Shown piece after piece: positions 39,297 through 49,421 of a stretch of DNA of 64,000 nt. Under the pieces are notes generated by a model. That model did not search any database, was not told where the DNA came from, and was given only the letters and a program-made list of their open reading frames with translations. The first letter of the stretch is position 1. Every line of letters starts with the position of its first letter. Position numbers and translations under genes: made by a program. Origin of the DNA: Promethearchaeota archaeon (GTDB lineage: Archaea; Asgardarchaeota; Lokiarchaeia; Sigyniarchaeales; SOKP01); assembly GCA_029838195.1 (NCBI GenBank), contig JALGVJ010000002.1, positions 64,001-128,000 of the forward strand, read 5' to 3'.

Positions 39297-42200
39297 ATGA
39301 CCGAAGAATCTTCAGACCAGGTGAAAATGAAGCTTAGCGGAATGACTTGTGCCTCTTGTGCTTTAAAAATTGAAACCAAACTAAAAGGTTTAAAGGGAGT
39401 TAAAAGAACCGTCGTTAATTTTGCCAATGAAGAAGCTATTGTGGAATATGATTCTAAAAAAATCAATTATGAGGATTTCAATAAAGCCATTCGTGATTTG
39501 GGGTATAAATCCAGTTTAGCAAAAATGGATTTAAAAGTCCTTAATTCAATGGCCGAAAAAGAGTTTGAAAGCTTAGTAAATAAGATAAAAACTATTGAGG
39601 GTATTCATGATGTTAGGGCAAATTATAATGCAAGCAAAGTATTTGTAGAATTCAATGAATTAAAAACAAGCGAGACCGAAATAATTAAAAACATCAAGAA
39701 ATTAAATATCGAAATTGAAAAAACAGCCAGTGCCATTGATAAAGAGATAGAACAGCATAAGAAAGAAATGAAATATAGGTTGAGAATTTTAACCATTTCC
39801 TTAATCTTGACTTTAATAATTACTCCGATTAGTTGGTTTGTTCCTGAATCTTTTAATAGAAATTTGATTCTCTTTTTCCTTGCATTGATTAATTATGCGG
39901 TAGGAGGAACATTTTTTCTAATTGGAGCCATTCGTTCATTAAAAAACAAATCTACCAATATGGATGTTTTAGTGGCTTTAGGTACTACTACTGCATTGAT
40001 CTATTCAATTTTAACCACATTTTTCATTGAAGGCTCTACGTTTTTTGAAGCCATGAGTATGATCCTAACGTTTCTTTTAATTGGGAAATATCTTGAACAT
40101 AAAACTAAAGGACAAGCATCAGATGCCATAAAGAAATTAATTGGATTACAACCAAAAACAGCTACGCTATTAAAAGATAGTAAGGAAATAGAAATTCCAA
40201 TTGAAGAGATTGAAATTGGGGATGTTCTAATAGTTCGACCAGGTGAAAAAATACCTGTGGACGGAAAAATCATAAAAGGCAGCACGAAAATAGACGAATC
40301 CATGATAACAGGGGAAAGCCAATATGTGAAAAAGAAAGAGGGTGATGAAGTAATAGGAGCTACGGTAAATCAAACGGGCCTTATCCACGTCATGGCCGAG
40401 AAAGTAGGAAAAGATACGTTATTATTTCAAATAATCGATTTTGTTAAACAAGCACAAAGCAAAAAAGCTGCAAAACAACAATTAGCAGATAAAGTTAGTA
40501 ATTATTTTGTACCCGTCGTAGTTCTTATTGCCTCGATCGCCTTTCTTTACTGGTATTTCATAGCAGGCATGGGATTAGAATTATCTTTATTAATATTTAC
40601 CTCTGTAGTTGTAATTTCCTGCCCCTGTGCGCTAGGATTGGCAATTCCCACAGCCGTGATGGTGGGAACGGGTAAAGGTGCTGAAACAGGTATTTTAATA
40701 AAAGGAGGAGATTCTCTTGAAGCCATTAATTCAATAAACACGATAGTTTTCGATAAAACAGGAACTTTAACCGTAGGGAAACCCAGAGTATCCGCCATTT
40801 TTTCAGAAAAAAAGAAACAAGGAACAGGATTTGATGATAAAGAATTGTTATACTTTGCAGGAAGTGCTGAATTAGGATCGGAACATTCTCTTGCGCGTGC
40901 GATTATCGAAGAAGCAAATCAATTAGGTCTTAATTTAAATGCGCCTAAAGAATTTGAAGCCGTTCCGGGTAAAGGAATCATTGCTACTGTAGACAGAAAA
41001 GAAATTTTAGTAGGCAACGAAAAATTAATGGAGGACCATGACATTGATACTAGCGTCTTTAAGGAAGAATTTAAGAAAATTCAAGAAGAGGGAAGAACGG
41101 CAGTTTTCGTGTCCGTAGAGAAGGTAATAAAAGGCATCTTAGGAATTTCGGATAAAATTAAAGATCAAGCTCCCTATGCTCTCGATAAATTAAGAGAAAT
41201 GAAGCTTGACCTCTACATGCTCACGGGAGATAATAAACAAACAGCCATGTCAATAGGTAAGCAATTAGGTTTTGATGAACACCATATTTTAGCAGAAGTA
41301 CTTCCTAATGATAAGGCTTTAACCATTCAAAAACTTCAAGAATCGCAAAAAGGATTAAGAGTAGCCATGGTAGGAGATGGTATTAATGATTCGCCCGCCT
41401 TGGCTCAAGCTGACGTAGGAATTGCAGTAGGTTCGGGCACGGATATCGCTATTGAAACTGCAGATATCGTGTTAATGAGAGGGGATTTGAGGAATGTCGT
41501 TTCTGCCATAAAATTGTCCAAAAAAACATACAAAAAAATGATTACTAACTTATTTTGGGCATTTATTTACAATATCATAGGCATTCCGTTGGCAGCTGGC
41601 GTGTTATATTTCTTAACAGGATATTTTTTACCTCCTTACCTCGCAGCAGTATTCATGGCGACAAGTTCTGTTTCAGTGGTGACAAACGCCCTCTTTTTAA
41701 AGCGTTATGATCCAAGAACAGAACAACAAATTGAAGAAGAAAAATTATTAATGATGGAGGAAAAAGTTATTGATCCCGTGTGCGGAATGGAGGTTGTTCC
41801 TTCTAAGGCCATTGAATATCTATATAAAGGAACTAAATATTATTTCTGTAATCCAAATTGTGAGGCGCGTTTTAGAAGTGATCCTGAAACATTTAAAAAT
41901 TTTGATAACATGAATCCCGGTTTAATGCATAAACCCTTATCAGAAACGAATTTAGTGGAAGACCCCGTATGCGGAATGAAAGGGAAGCCCAATGATTGGA
42001 TTGAATATGAGCATGAAGGAAAAAAATATTATTTTTGCAATCAGTCTTGCCTGGTCGAATTTAAAAAGAATCCGTCGAAATATATAGATAAGAAAGATGA
42101 AAAGACCGAAGAATTTTTAAAAAAGCAACATGAAAAAGAAATAATAAAAAATGAAAAAATTAAAGTTGAGGAGGAAAAGCAAGATATGGGTAAATTAAAA

Positions 42201-42353
42201 TGTTCCGTGTGTGGAGCTGAACAAGAAATTCCACAGCATTGTGGAAAGCCCATGTATGTTGAAGGTGATCAATTAGTCTGCTGGATGGGAGCATCATGTG
42301 GAGCTCAACCCATACCAGAACATTGCGGAAAGAAAATGGAAATTGTCAACTAA
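39297..42353 (+). CDS. copA: P1B-1 Cu(I)-exporting ATPase with N-terminal HMA domains, two YHS/TRASH domains and a terminal Cys/His module
   Basis: 'GMTCASC', 'TGES', 'CPC', 'DKTGTLT', 'WAFIYN', 'MATSS', two 'DPVCGM...YYFC' units. Confidence 0.95.
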   Translation: MTEESSDQVKMKLSGMTCASCALKIETKLKGLKGVKRTVVNFANEEAIVEYDSKKINYEDFNKAIRDLGYKSSLAKMDLKVLNSMAEKEFESLVNKIKTIEGIHDVRANYNASKVFVEFNELKTSETEIIKNIKKLNIEIEKTASAIDKEIEQHKKEMKYRLRILTISLILTLIITPISWFVPESFNRNLILFFLALINYAVGGTFFLIGAIRSLKNKSTNMDVLVALGTTTALIYSILTTFFIEGSTFFEAMSMILTFLLIGKYLEHKTKGQASDAIKKLIGLQPKTATLLKDSKEIEIPIEEIEIGDVLIVRPGEKIPVDGKIIKGSTKIDESMITGESQYVKKKEGDEVIGATVNQTGLIHVMAEKVGKDTLLFQIIDFVKQAQSKKAAKQQLADKVSNYFVPVVVLIASIAFLYWYFIAGMGLELSLLIFTSVVVISCPCALGLAIPTAVMVGTGKGAETGILIKGGDSLEAINSINTIVFDKTGTLTVGKPRVSAIFSEKKKQGTGFDDKELLYFAGSAELGSEHSLARAIIEEANQLGLNLNAPKEFEAVPGKGIIATVDRKEILVGNEKLMEDHDIDTSVFKEEFKKIQEEGRTAVFVSVEKVIKGILGISDKIKDQAPYALDKLREMKLDLYMLTGDNKQTAMSIGKQLGFDEHHILAEVLPNDKALTIQKLQESQKGLRVAMVGDGINDSPALAQADVGIAVGSGTDIAIETADIVLMRGDLRNVVSAIKLSKKTYKKMITNLFWAFIYNIIGIPLAAGVLYFLTGYFLPPYLAAVFMATSSVSVVTNALFLKRYDPRTEQQIEEEKLLMMEEKVIDPVCGMEVVPSKAIEYLYKGTKYYFCNPNCEARFRSDPETFKNFDNMNPGLMHKPLSETNLVEDPVCGMKGKPNDWIEYEHEGKKYYFCNQSCLVEFKKNPSKYIDKKDEKTEEFLKKQHEKEIIKNEKIKVEEEKQDMGKLKCSVCGAEQEIPQHCGKPMYVEGDQLVCWMGASCGAQPIPEHCGKKMEIVN

Positions 42354-42479
42354 TTGTTTATAATTTTTTAAAATCTTTTTTTTAATATATATCTATAAAA
42401 CTAAATTAAACCATTATTAGTCTTTTAGAAGTTCCTAATTGTTTGAAAATTAAAATAAATTAAATTAAGAAGAAAATAA

Positions 42480-44798
42480 TCACGTATTATATTTTTCTCG
42501 TTTTTTAATATAATTTTCAAAATGTCTTGAAAAAAGAGCGTGATTTGGAATGCGTGTTACTTCCTTTTTAAACTTTGGAAATTCTTTATTTAATAATGAA
42601 AGAATATTTTTCCAAGCCTTTTGATGTTCGGTTTTTGATCCAATTGATTTAGCCAAACAAGCCATGACATCTCTTGATTTTTGCCTCTTAAGATTCACTT
42701 GCATCACGTTAATAATTTTCTTTTTTAAATTCTTATAATCATCAGGTCTAAAACTTTCTAAAGAGAGAGCAAGAGAATCATCGGAAATCGGTATTATTTT
42801 AATGAGTTTATCTTCTTTAACATCTGCATTTGGAACTAATTCTAATTCAAAATCCTCCTTACTAATCCTTTCTAAAATGGGATATAAATCGCCCGGCGTA
42901 ATTTTAGTCTGTAATTCAATTTGAAAAGCAATATCGGAAATCGGAATGTAATAATTAGGATATTTTTCAGGATTCTCAATTCGAAAAATATATTCTTTCT
43001 TGATAATATCAAGAATTTGTTGTTTTATGGGCTCCGGAATCTTTCCTTCCTTAAAAGTGATTTTTTGGAACTTTAATTCTTTTGCTTTTTCTATTCTCTC
43101 TTCTTCTTGGAGTTTTTTTTTATAATTGGTCGAAAGGGAAGCTATAAATTGATCAGTTGCCTTATCGGCCTTTAAATCTGCCTTTAAACTCAATTCAGCA
43201 CGTCTTGGACGTGAAATGGAACGAATTAATTTGTCCGAGAGAAATTTTTGAGCTTTTTTTCGAGCAATATCTTTCTTTTCGAATTGTTCTGTGATTGAAA
43301 GAAAATCAATCATTAAAATAGACTTACCTCTTCCTTCTGATACCCGTTTTAATTCAATGTTTAAATCTTTTTGTGCGAGCCTTTTGATTAAAGATCGAAT
43401 GACTGCTTTCGATTGACGTGTTGTTTTCATTAATTGAAGTTCAATAGACTCTAAAGGAAAAGGTTCGCCTCTTCTAATATATTCATTTCTAATAAATTTA
43501 TAAATAATATCCATTGTCCTTTCCTCTTCATCTATGAGTTCTTTTTCCATTCTCAGGAACATGGATGTTTCATGAGGTTTCATGTAATAAAGTAAAAGCG
43601 TCAAACCCACAAAAATAATCATTATAATTGAGATAATATATTTATCAGCTAATAGAATTAAACCAAATCCGGAAATCTCTTGATTAGGAATATGAGTTGA
43701 TAAGGAATAGCGGGTGGTAGTTTGAGCAAAAATAGTAGATAACATGAATAAAATTAGTCCATCTTGTTTAAAGAATAAAATTTGCCATCCTAATGTTTTA
43801 CCCGTTTTATAAATCACGCGATATAAGAAAAACATGGAAACTCCGAATTCTAAAAAAAAAAAGAAGCTCGCGACACTCCCACTTGTTCCCAATACATTTT
43901 TTAGAGAATTTACGGTTTCAGGGCGTAATAACAAGTAAATCGTCAACTGCATTAGTTGGAAAAAGAATATGAAAAATACAATGAGGGAAAATGTAAAATT
44001 ATCAAAAATTCCTGCTCTACGCGTTTCTGCCCTTCTCCGAGTAAATACAAATTCTAAAGAAACAAAAATCATGGTAACAATCAAACTAAAATAGATTAGG
44101 GGCATGATGATTCTCATTTCCACATAATATACTAAAATTGCACCATGAGGATCCAAGGGAGCAAGGAAATCTAACGATAAATAGACCAGAAGAGCTCTAT
44201 AAAGCCAAGAAATAAATACCAATCCCGCTAAAATAAGAAATGGAGTAATTGTCACGATTAAATTTCTAAATACAGAATATTTTTTAATAATGCGTGCTTC
44301 AATTTCGGTTGAAAATCTCCTTGAATATATATAAAACCTACTGCTATAAATGAATAGCCAGATCATGGAAAATGTGAGTAAGAAGTAAGTTAGATTGAGT
44401 GAGGTCCCAATAACCCGTGCAAATAATAAAAAGAGAGGAATGAATATTCCAAGATACAAGCAAATTTGTTTTATTACAGTATTTTTCAGGAAAATAAATT
44501 CCCTAATTTGGTTGTTGCTATAGAGCAAAGAAAGTACTAAGTAAAAAATAATGAGGGAATTAGCAATGGCAAAGGGATTTCCAATTGTAAAAAATGATAT
44601 AATAACATTGTCGGGATTATTAATAGCAAATAATAATATAAAGGAATAAAATAGAAAGATGATATAAAGCCCTAAAAATTTTTTTTCAAAAGAAAAAGAC
44701 TTTGGAGGTTCTTGATTTTTTAAAAGTAAGGTATCTGGGAACAGAATTTTTTTTATCCTTTCCTTTAATTGACGTGGAGTAGTGTTCGTTTTTGACAT
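42480..44798 (-). CDS. Polytopic membrane protein (about 10 TM) with a large cytoplasmic region containing two related winged-helix-like repeats
   Basis: Hydrophobic residues about 40-405; repeats 'IIYKFIRNEY...IELQ...KDLNIEL' and 'ILDIIKKEY...IELQ...EDFELEL'. Confidence 0.7.
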   Translation of the reverse strand: MSKTNTTPRQLKERIKKILFPDTLLLKNQEPPKSFSFEKKFLGLYIIFLFYSFILLFAINNPDNVIISFFTIGNPFAIANSLIIFYLVLSLLYSNNQIREFIFLKNTVIKQICLYLGIFIPLFLLFARVIGTSLNLTYFLLTFSMIWLFIYSSRFYIYSRRFSTEIEARIIKKYSVFRNLIVTITPFLILAGLVFISWLYRALLVYLSLDFLAPLDPHGAILVYYVEMRIIMPLIYFSLIVTMIFVSLEFVFTRRRAETRRAGIFDNFTFSLIVFFIFFFQLMQLTIYLLLRPETVNSLKNVLGTSGSVASFFFFLEFGVSMFFLYRVIYKTGKTLGWQILFFKQDGLILFMLSTIFAQTTTRYSLSTHIPNQEISGFGLILLADKYIISIIMIIFVGLTLLLYYMKPHETSMFLRMEKELIDEEERTMDIIYKFIRNEYIRRGEPFPLESIELQLMKTTRQSKAVIRSLIKRLAQKDLNIELKRVSEGRGKSILMIDFLSITEQFEKKDIARKKAQKFLSDKLIRSISRPRRAELSLKADLKADKATDQFIASLSTNYKKKLQEEERIEKAKELKFQKITFKEGKIPEPIKQQILDIIKKEYIFRIENPEKYPNYYIPISDIAFQIELQTKITPGDLYPILERISKEDFELELVPNADVKEDKLIKIIPISDDSLALSLESFRPDDYKNLKKKIINVMQVNLKRQKSRDVMACLAKSIGSKTEHQKAWKNILSLLNKEFPKFKKEVTRIPNHALFSRHFENYIKKREKYNT

Positions 44799-45254
44799 TA
44801 TGTTTTTAATTCTGTTTTAAAAATTAATGCATTAATTAGTTTAAAAAATTTATGGATTAAATTTATTATGGAGAATTAAAAATTCTTATAGTTCAAATAG
44901 TAAAAAATGGTAAATTACAAAACGACAGAAAAATATTGAACATTTTCTATTAATCTGGGTCATGAATTCATGATTGTACAAAACCTTTATAGATAAAAAA
45001 ATTCATGATAAACATGATTACAAGGGCAATAAATTTAAAAAATCTAACATGTTTCTCATTTTTCTAAGATTTAGATTCCACGCTTTCATTTTGTTATGAT
45101 TTTGGATTTTATTTAATTAATATTAATTAACCTAATTTTAAAGTAAAAAAATTAATCTTAAAAAATTAAGGACAATAGAGATCATGTAGAAGATAACTTT
45201 AAAAAGATTAACATGTAAGATTTAAATATAAAACCATCATTTTTCTATATAAGA

Positions 45255-45521
45255 ATGGATAAAGAGAAAGAAAACCTTCTTGAATTCATTAAAAAAGCCA
45301 TTGAATATTTGGCAGAAAATAACATCTCAGATGTTGTTATTCTCTCCTCTTATAAAATTGCCTCTGTATTAAAAGAAAATTATGGCGTAGATATCAAAAT
45401 TGATAGAATAGGACGAGTTCTAAGCAATGTTGCTAAAAATAATCAATTAAAGCGGTTACAAACCAACATTCCTAAATATCAGTTATATAAACAAAAAATC
45501 CATACGTTGCGGTATTTCTAA
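45255..45521 (+). CDS. Small winged-helix-like protein
   Basis: 88 aa; 'SSYKIASVL...IDRIGRVLSNVA...KYQL' helix-turn-helix plus wing pattern. Confidence 0.6.
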   Translation: MDKEKENLLEFIKKAIEYLAENNISDVVILSSYKIASVLKENYGVDIKIDRIGRVLSNVAKNNQLKRLQTNIPKYQLYKQKIHTLRYF

Positions 45522-45560
45522 CTACGACATGTAAATTAAAATAGAAAAAAGATATCGTTT

Positions 45561-46907
45561 TCATGGTTTTTCCATTTGTTTAACCAAATCAGTGAGGGTT
45601 TTCAGGAGAGATTGAAAGGTGCTAACTTGATTTCTTAACGCATTAAATTTCTCAATAAATAGCTTATTCGTATCATCTATTTCTTGTTGATATTGTCCCA
45701 TGCTGGTATTAACATCTTGTTGAATTTTTGAAAAAATATCTTCCATCTCTTCCTTTATTTGATTTAATTTGCCTCTAAACTCCTCATATTTTTTTATGAT
45801 TTCTTTTGAAACAAAACTCGATATGTCTGAAGTGTTGGATAATCTCGAATCTAACTCTCTTAACGTTTCTATCACCTTGGAATAGTTGGAATTTAAATCC
45901 TTTTCCACGGTGTCAATGATCTCTTGTTTTGTTTTCTTTATGGCTTTTTCCCATTGATGTATCATGGTTTCATGTTCATCCTTATTCTCCATCAATTTTA
46001 AGAGAAATTCATTTAATTCTTGCTTAAATTGCTCTATTATCCATCCTTCTATTTTTTTTATCCCTCTTGAAATTCGCTTTTTCATGGATTCGGTCGTTTC
46101 TTTTAAATCATCCGCACCTTTAGTTGTACCTTCTTCAATGCGTTTTAGCCACGGATTGAAATTTGATTCAAAAGAGGCCGTGATGGAATTTGAGAGGGCG
46201 TTAAATGCTAATCTCATCCCATTAGATAAAAAAGGCTTTTCTGATTCAACATCTCCTTTTTCCCCCTCAATTAAAGCTGTTTTTGGAATTTCCTGTAATT
46301 CTCTCCCTGGAATGGGCTCTATCTCTCTTAATTCTTTTATAAATCTGGTATCATTGAACTCTCGAAGTTCGATTAATTCTTTAATCCATGTAAAATATTC
46401 TAAACTATCGGGTAATTCTATTTCCACATCCATTTCATGATATTGGAATGAATCCTTAGAATTTAGCCGGTCCATGCGAAACGCTTTTAGTTCTATCTTT
46501 TTATCCTCATTAAATAAAAGCGGATTGAAAATAATACAAAATCCAGTAGGATTACTCTCATTTTGAATTAATTGATGATTAGGTAAATCACTTTCATTAA
46601 ATTTTATTTGCTCTTGTAAGGAAGTGCGATACCATCCAAGAATGGATTGGTCTTCAGGTTTATATCGCTCATTAATTCGGAGCAGCAATTTTTCCTCAAA
46701 AGCAGGAATTTCTTCTGCCATTAATTCTACATGATCAAAAGGCACGCACTCATTTATGATAATTTTTTTTCCATTTTTTTCTTGGATTCCCAAGCAAAAA
46801 CCCACTACATTATATCTCTTTTCTAAGGCAGGACTTCCAAATCTAAGGGCATGACGAATCATTTGATGAAAGGCACGCCTCGTTAGTTTTATTAAAATGT
46901 TTTCCAT
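45561..46907 (-). CDS. MPN- (JAMM-dead) protein with long coiled-coil tail
   Basis: MPN fold motifs 'MIRHALRFG', 'NVVGFCLG', 'ILGWYRTS', 'FCIIFNP', 'KAFRM'; catalytic Glu and HxH are replaced. Confidence 0.8.
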   Translation of the reverse strand: MENILIKLTRRAFHQMIRHALRFGSPALEKRYNVVGFCLGIQEKNGKKIIINECVPFDHVELMAEEIPAFEEKLLLRINERYKPEDQSILGWYRTSLQEQIKFNESDLPNHQLIQNESNPTGFCIIFNPLLFNEDKKIELKAFRMDRLNSKDSFQYHEMDVEIELPDSLEYFTWIKELIELREFNDTRFIKELREIEPIPGRELQEIPKTALIEGEKGDVESEKPFLSNGMRLAFNALSNSITASFESNFNPWLKRIEEGTTKGADDLKETTESMKKRISRGIKKIEGWIIEQFKQELNEFLLKLMENKDEHETMIHQWEKAIKKTKQEIIDTVEKDLNSNYSKVIETLRELDSRLSNTSDISSFVSKEIIKKYEEFRGKLNQIKEEMEDIFSKIQQDVNTSMGQYQQEIDDTNKLFIEKFNALRNQVSTFQSLLKTLTDLVKQMEKP

Positions 46908-48433
46908 TATTCTTTTTTACCTTCCGCTTCTTGTTTTTTGTTCAATTCTGAAGTTAATTGTTTAATTTTTTTTTCGGATTGCGTTAACTTGTCTACTAAT
47001 CTATTCTTTTCAGCTGTTAATGTATTAATCTCCCTTTTTAATTCGCCTAGCTCTTCTTCCTGCTTACGAATAATTCCTTCATTTTTTTCTTTAATTCCTT
47101 CTATTTGAGTTATCATGTCTTTTAATATCGAATTGTGATTTTCCATTTCTCCCAACAATTCACTAGCAAGTTGTTCCATTTCCTCCCGATTAGTTTCCAT
47201 CCATTCTTGAAAATGAGTTTCCTTCGCCTTAATGTTTTCCTCAAGATTCGATTTAAACATGAAAACCTTCTCTTTTAACGGTTGAGCGTAATTTTTATCC
47301 AAATCTTCCAATTTTATTTGTTCCTCCAATTCTCTTGAAATTTTCTCTATATTATTGTAGTTGTTTTTAAAATTTTCTACCAAACCTTCGAAAGGCTCGT
47401 GAAAAGCTGCTTTAAAAATAGTATCAATTTTCGATTTGATATCATTTTTTAACAAATTCAAGTCCTCTAACAAGATTGGCTCGTGTTCTTCCAGTAGTAT
47501 TTCTTGTTCCACCCAAATGCTATCTATTCCATCTAGCCCTTCCTTTATAGAATTTTTTATCATTTTCTGAATGGAATGCAAACCCTCTCTTATCGTCCTG
47601 GCGATTTCTTCTAAATTTTCTCTCATCATGAAATTGGTCTTGATAATCCTCCTGAGTAGCTCTTGACTCCATTCATTTAAATATTCCACGAAGGGTTTTA
47701 TAAAGCCCTTTATGAGTTCATTTAACCCATTCTTTAGATGCCCCAAAAACTCCTCGTAATTTATTGAAGGACGCCTTGATTTTAATTGCTCTCGTGAGGG
47801 TATAAAAATTTCTCCAATAAAATCAGGCACTTCTTTGAGTTCCAAAATAGGAGGTTGCTTTTCATGGATTGAATTCATTAGTTCGATGAGTTTAAGGTAA
47901 TATTTTTGCGAATCCGGGACCTCTATAATCGTCTTTACCTCGTGATATTTTGAATTTACTCCCTTCGAAGGATCATCTAACCGAAATGTTCGAAAGCCTA
48001 CATCGCCCGGTTTTTCCAAATATAAATGATCGAAAACAATTCCAATCGCACTTGGATTTCCACTCTGCCACCCCAATTGATTCCTTATATCCGTTCTGGA
48101 AAAAAATATGGTGAGCTCAGGATGAGAATGATACCAACCCACTCCAAATAAATTCTGTTTCGCATATTTCATGTCGATCGCTTCAAAAACAGAATAATCC
48201 TCGGGAGAAAAAGAAACCTCAATAGAGCTTCCGTGAGAAATGGGAACAGCATCCTCCACGATTACGTTTTTTGGTGTTCCTTCCCCCTCTAATCGCCCGA
48301 TTAAAACGCCCATGACTTCTCTCAAGCGATTTTTATCGCGTGACTTGTTTCCAAAACGGAGCACGTGCATGAGCATCTTATAATATGCTTTCGGTCTAAT
48401 TATCACGATTGAGTTATCTTTCACGCTCAACAC
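46907..48433 (-). CDS. MPN+/JAMM isopeptidase (Rpn11/CSN5-like) with long coiled-coil tail
   Basis: 'KMLMH', 'EVMGVLIG', 'GWYHSHP', 'FSRTD', 'AIGIVFD'; complete JAMM motif; GTG start. Confidence 0.9.
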   Translation of the reverse strand: MLSVKDNSIVIIRPKAYYKMLMHVLRFGNKSRDKNRLREVMGVLIGRLEGEGTPKNVIVEDAVPISHGSSIEVSFSPEDYSVFEAIDMKYAKQNLFGVGWYHSHPELTIFFSRTDIRNQLGWQSGNPSAIGIVFDHLYLEKPGDVGFRTFRLDDPSKGVNSKYHEVKTIIEVPDSQKYYLKLIELMNSIHEKQPPILELKEVPDFIGEIFIPSREQLKSRRPSINYEEFLGHLKNGLNELIKGFIKPFVEYLNEWSQELLRRIIKTNFMMRENLEEIARTIREGLHSIQKMIKNSIKEGLDGIDSIWVEQEILLEEHEPILLEDLNLLKNDIKSKIDTIFKAAFHEPFEGLVENFKNNYNNIEKISRELEEQIKLEDLDKNYAQPLKEKVFMFKSNLEENIKAKETHFQEWMETNREEMEQLASELLGEMENHNSILKDMITQIEGIKEKNEGIIRKQEEELGELKREINTLTAEKNRLVDKLTQSEKKIKQLTSELNKKQEAEGKKE

Positions 48434-48561
48434 TATATTCGTTGATACCTTAAATTTATTCTACAATTTTTAAATTGCTTAATAATGATATTAAAAATAT
48501 ATTTTCTAATTAAAATAAATAGAAACTAATGCTCCTTAATATTGGAATGTGTAAAACACTC

Positions 48562-49245
48562 CTAATGGGGTAATTTTTTACCACAATAAGGACAATAGAT
48601 CCAATTCAAATTTCCTCCGCAATAGGGACAAAATCTAGACCCTTTATCTTTTTCTCCTTTTTTTGCTCCAGCAGGCCCGCTACTTGGAATGAAAGGAACA
48701 GTTTCTTGATCAGAACCCGAAGGTATGGAAGGAAGCGTGCGTGAAGTCTTAGTAGCGGGAGGTGCAGGCTCCGTAAAAGGAGGTTCTTGCTCGCGAGAAA
48801 ACAATACTCTTTGCTGAAATGCTTGCCTCTTTTCTTCTTCGGTTTTAGGTTTATCTATTACCGTTCCTTGGGTCGCGGGTCTTTTTAATTCGGATTCAGG
48901 TACTTTGTCCAATTTTATATGCTTGGTCTCTGATACGGGAGCAGACATTCGCATTTTGTCTTTTTTATCTAGGGCTTGTTTCAATAAGGCTTGTACAGTC
49001 TTCATTATGCCGTATGGATTTATATTGGGGAGCGTGACAGTCCTTAGAACCCATCCAACAATGATATTCGAGTTTGGTCTGTCACCCTCCACATCTTCAT
49101 CTTTAAACACGTAAGAATCGATGATATTTTTTCCTTTTAGAATTCTACCTGCCCATTTGCCATTAATTAATCCCAATTGTAAGAGATAAGAAGTTCCGGA
49201 GATTCCTAATGCCGTAGTTAACGGCTCAAATCCTAATTCTACCAT
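48562..49245 (-). CDS. Hypothetical protein with Pro-rich linker and C-terminal zinc ribbon
   Basis: Globular N-terminal ~95 aa; P/S/T-rich linker; 'FCPYCG...YCPYCGKKL'. Confidence 0.75.
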   Translation of the reverse strand: MVELGFEPLTTALGISGTSYLLQLGLINGKWAGRILKGKNIIDSYVFKDEDVEGDRPNSNIIVGWVLRTVTLPNINPYGIMKTVQALLKQALDKKDKMRMSAPVSETKHIKLDKVPESELKRPATQGTVIDKPKTEEEKRQAFQQRVLFSREQEPPFTEPAPPATKTSRTLPSIPSGSDQETVPFIPSSGPAGAKKGEKDKGSRFCPYCGGNLNWIYCPYCGKKLPH

Positions 49246-49421
49246 TTAAATCACTATTCACATTTAAGATGACATGAAATATCATGGATGAATATTACTA
49301 ATTAGATAGAAATTTTTCTATAAATAATTTTTGTCTTTTCTATGACAGAGTAAAAAAAAATAAAAACATGTTCTTTTATAATTGTTTTAAAAGTAAATAA
49401 ATATCAAAAAATGGAAACAAC

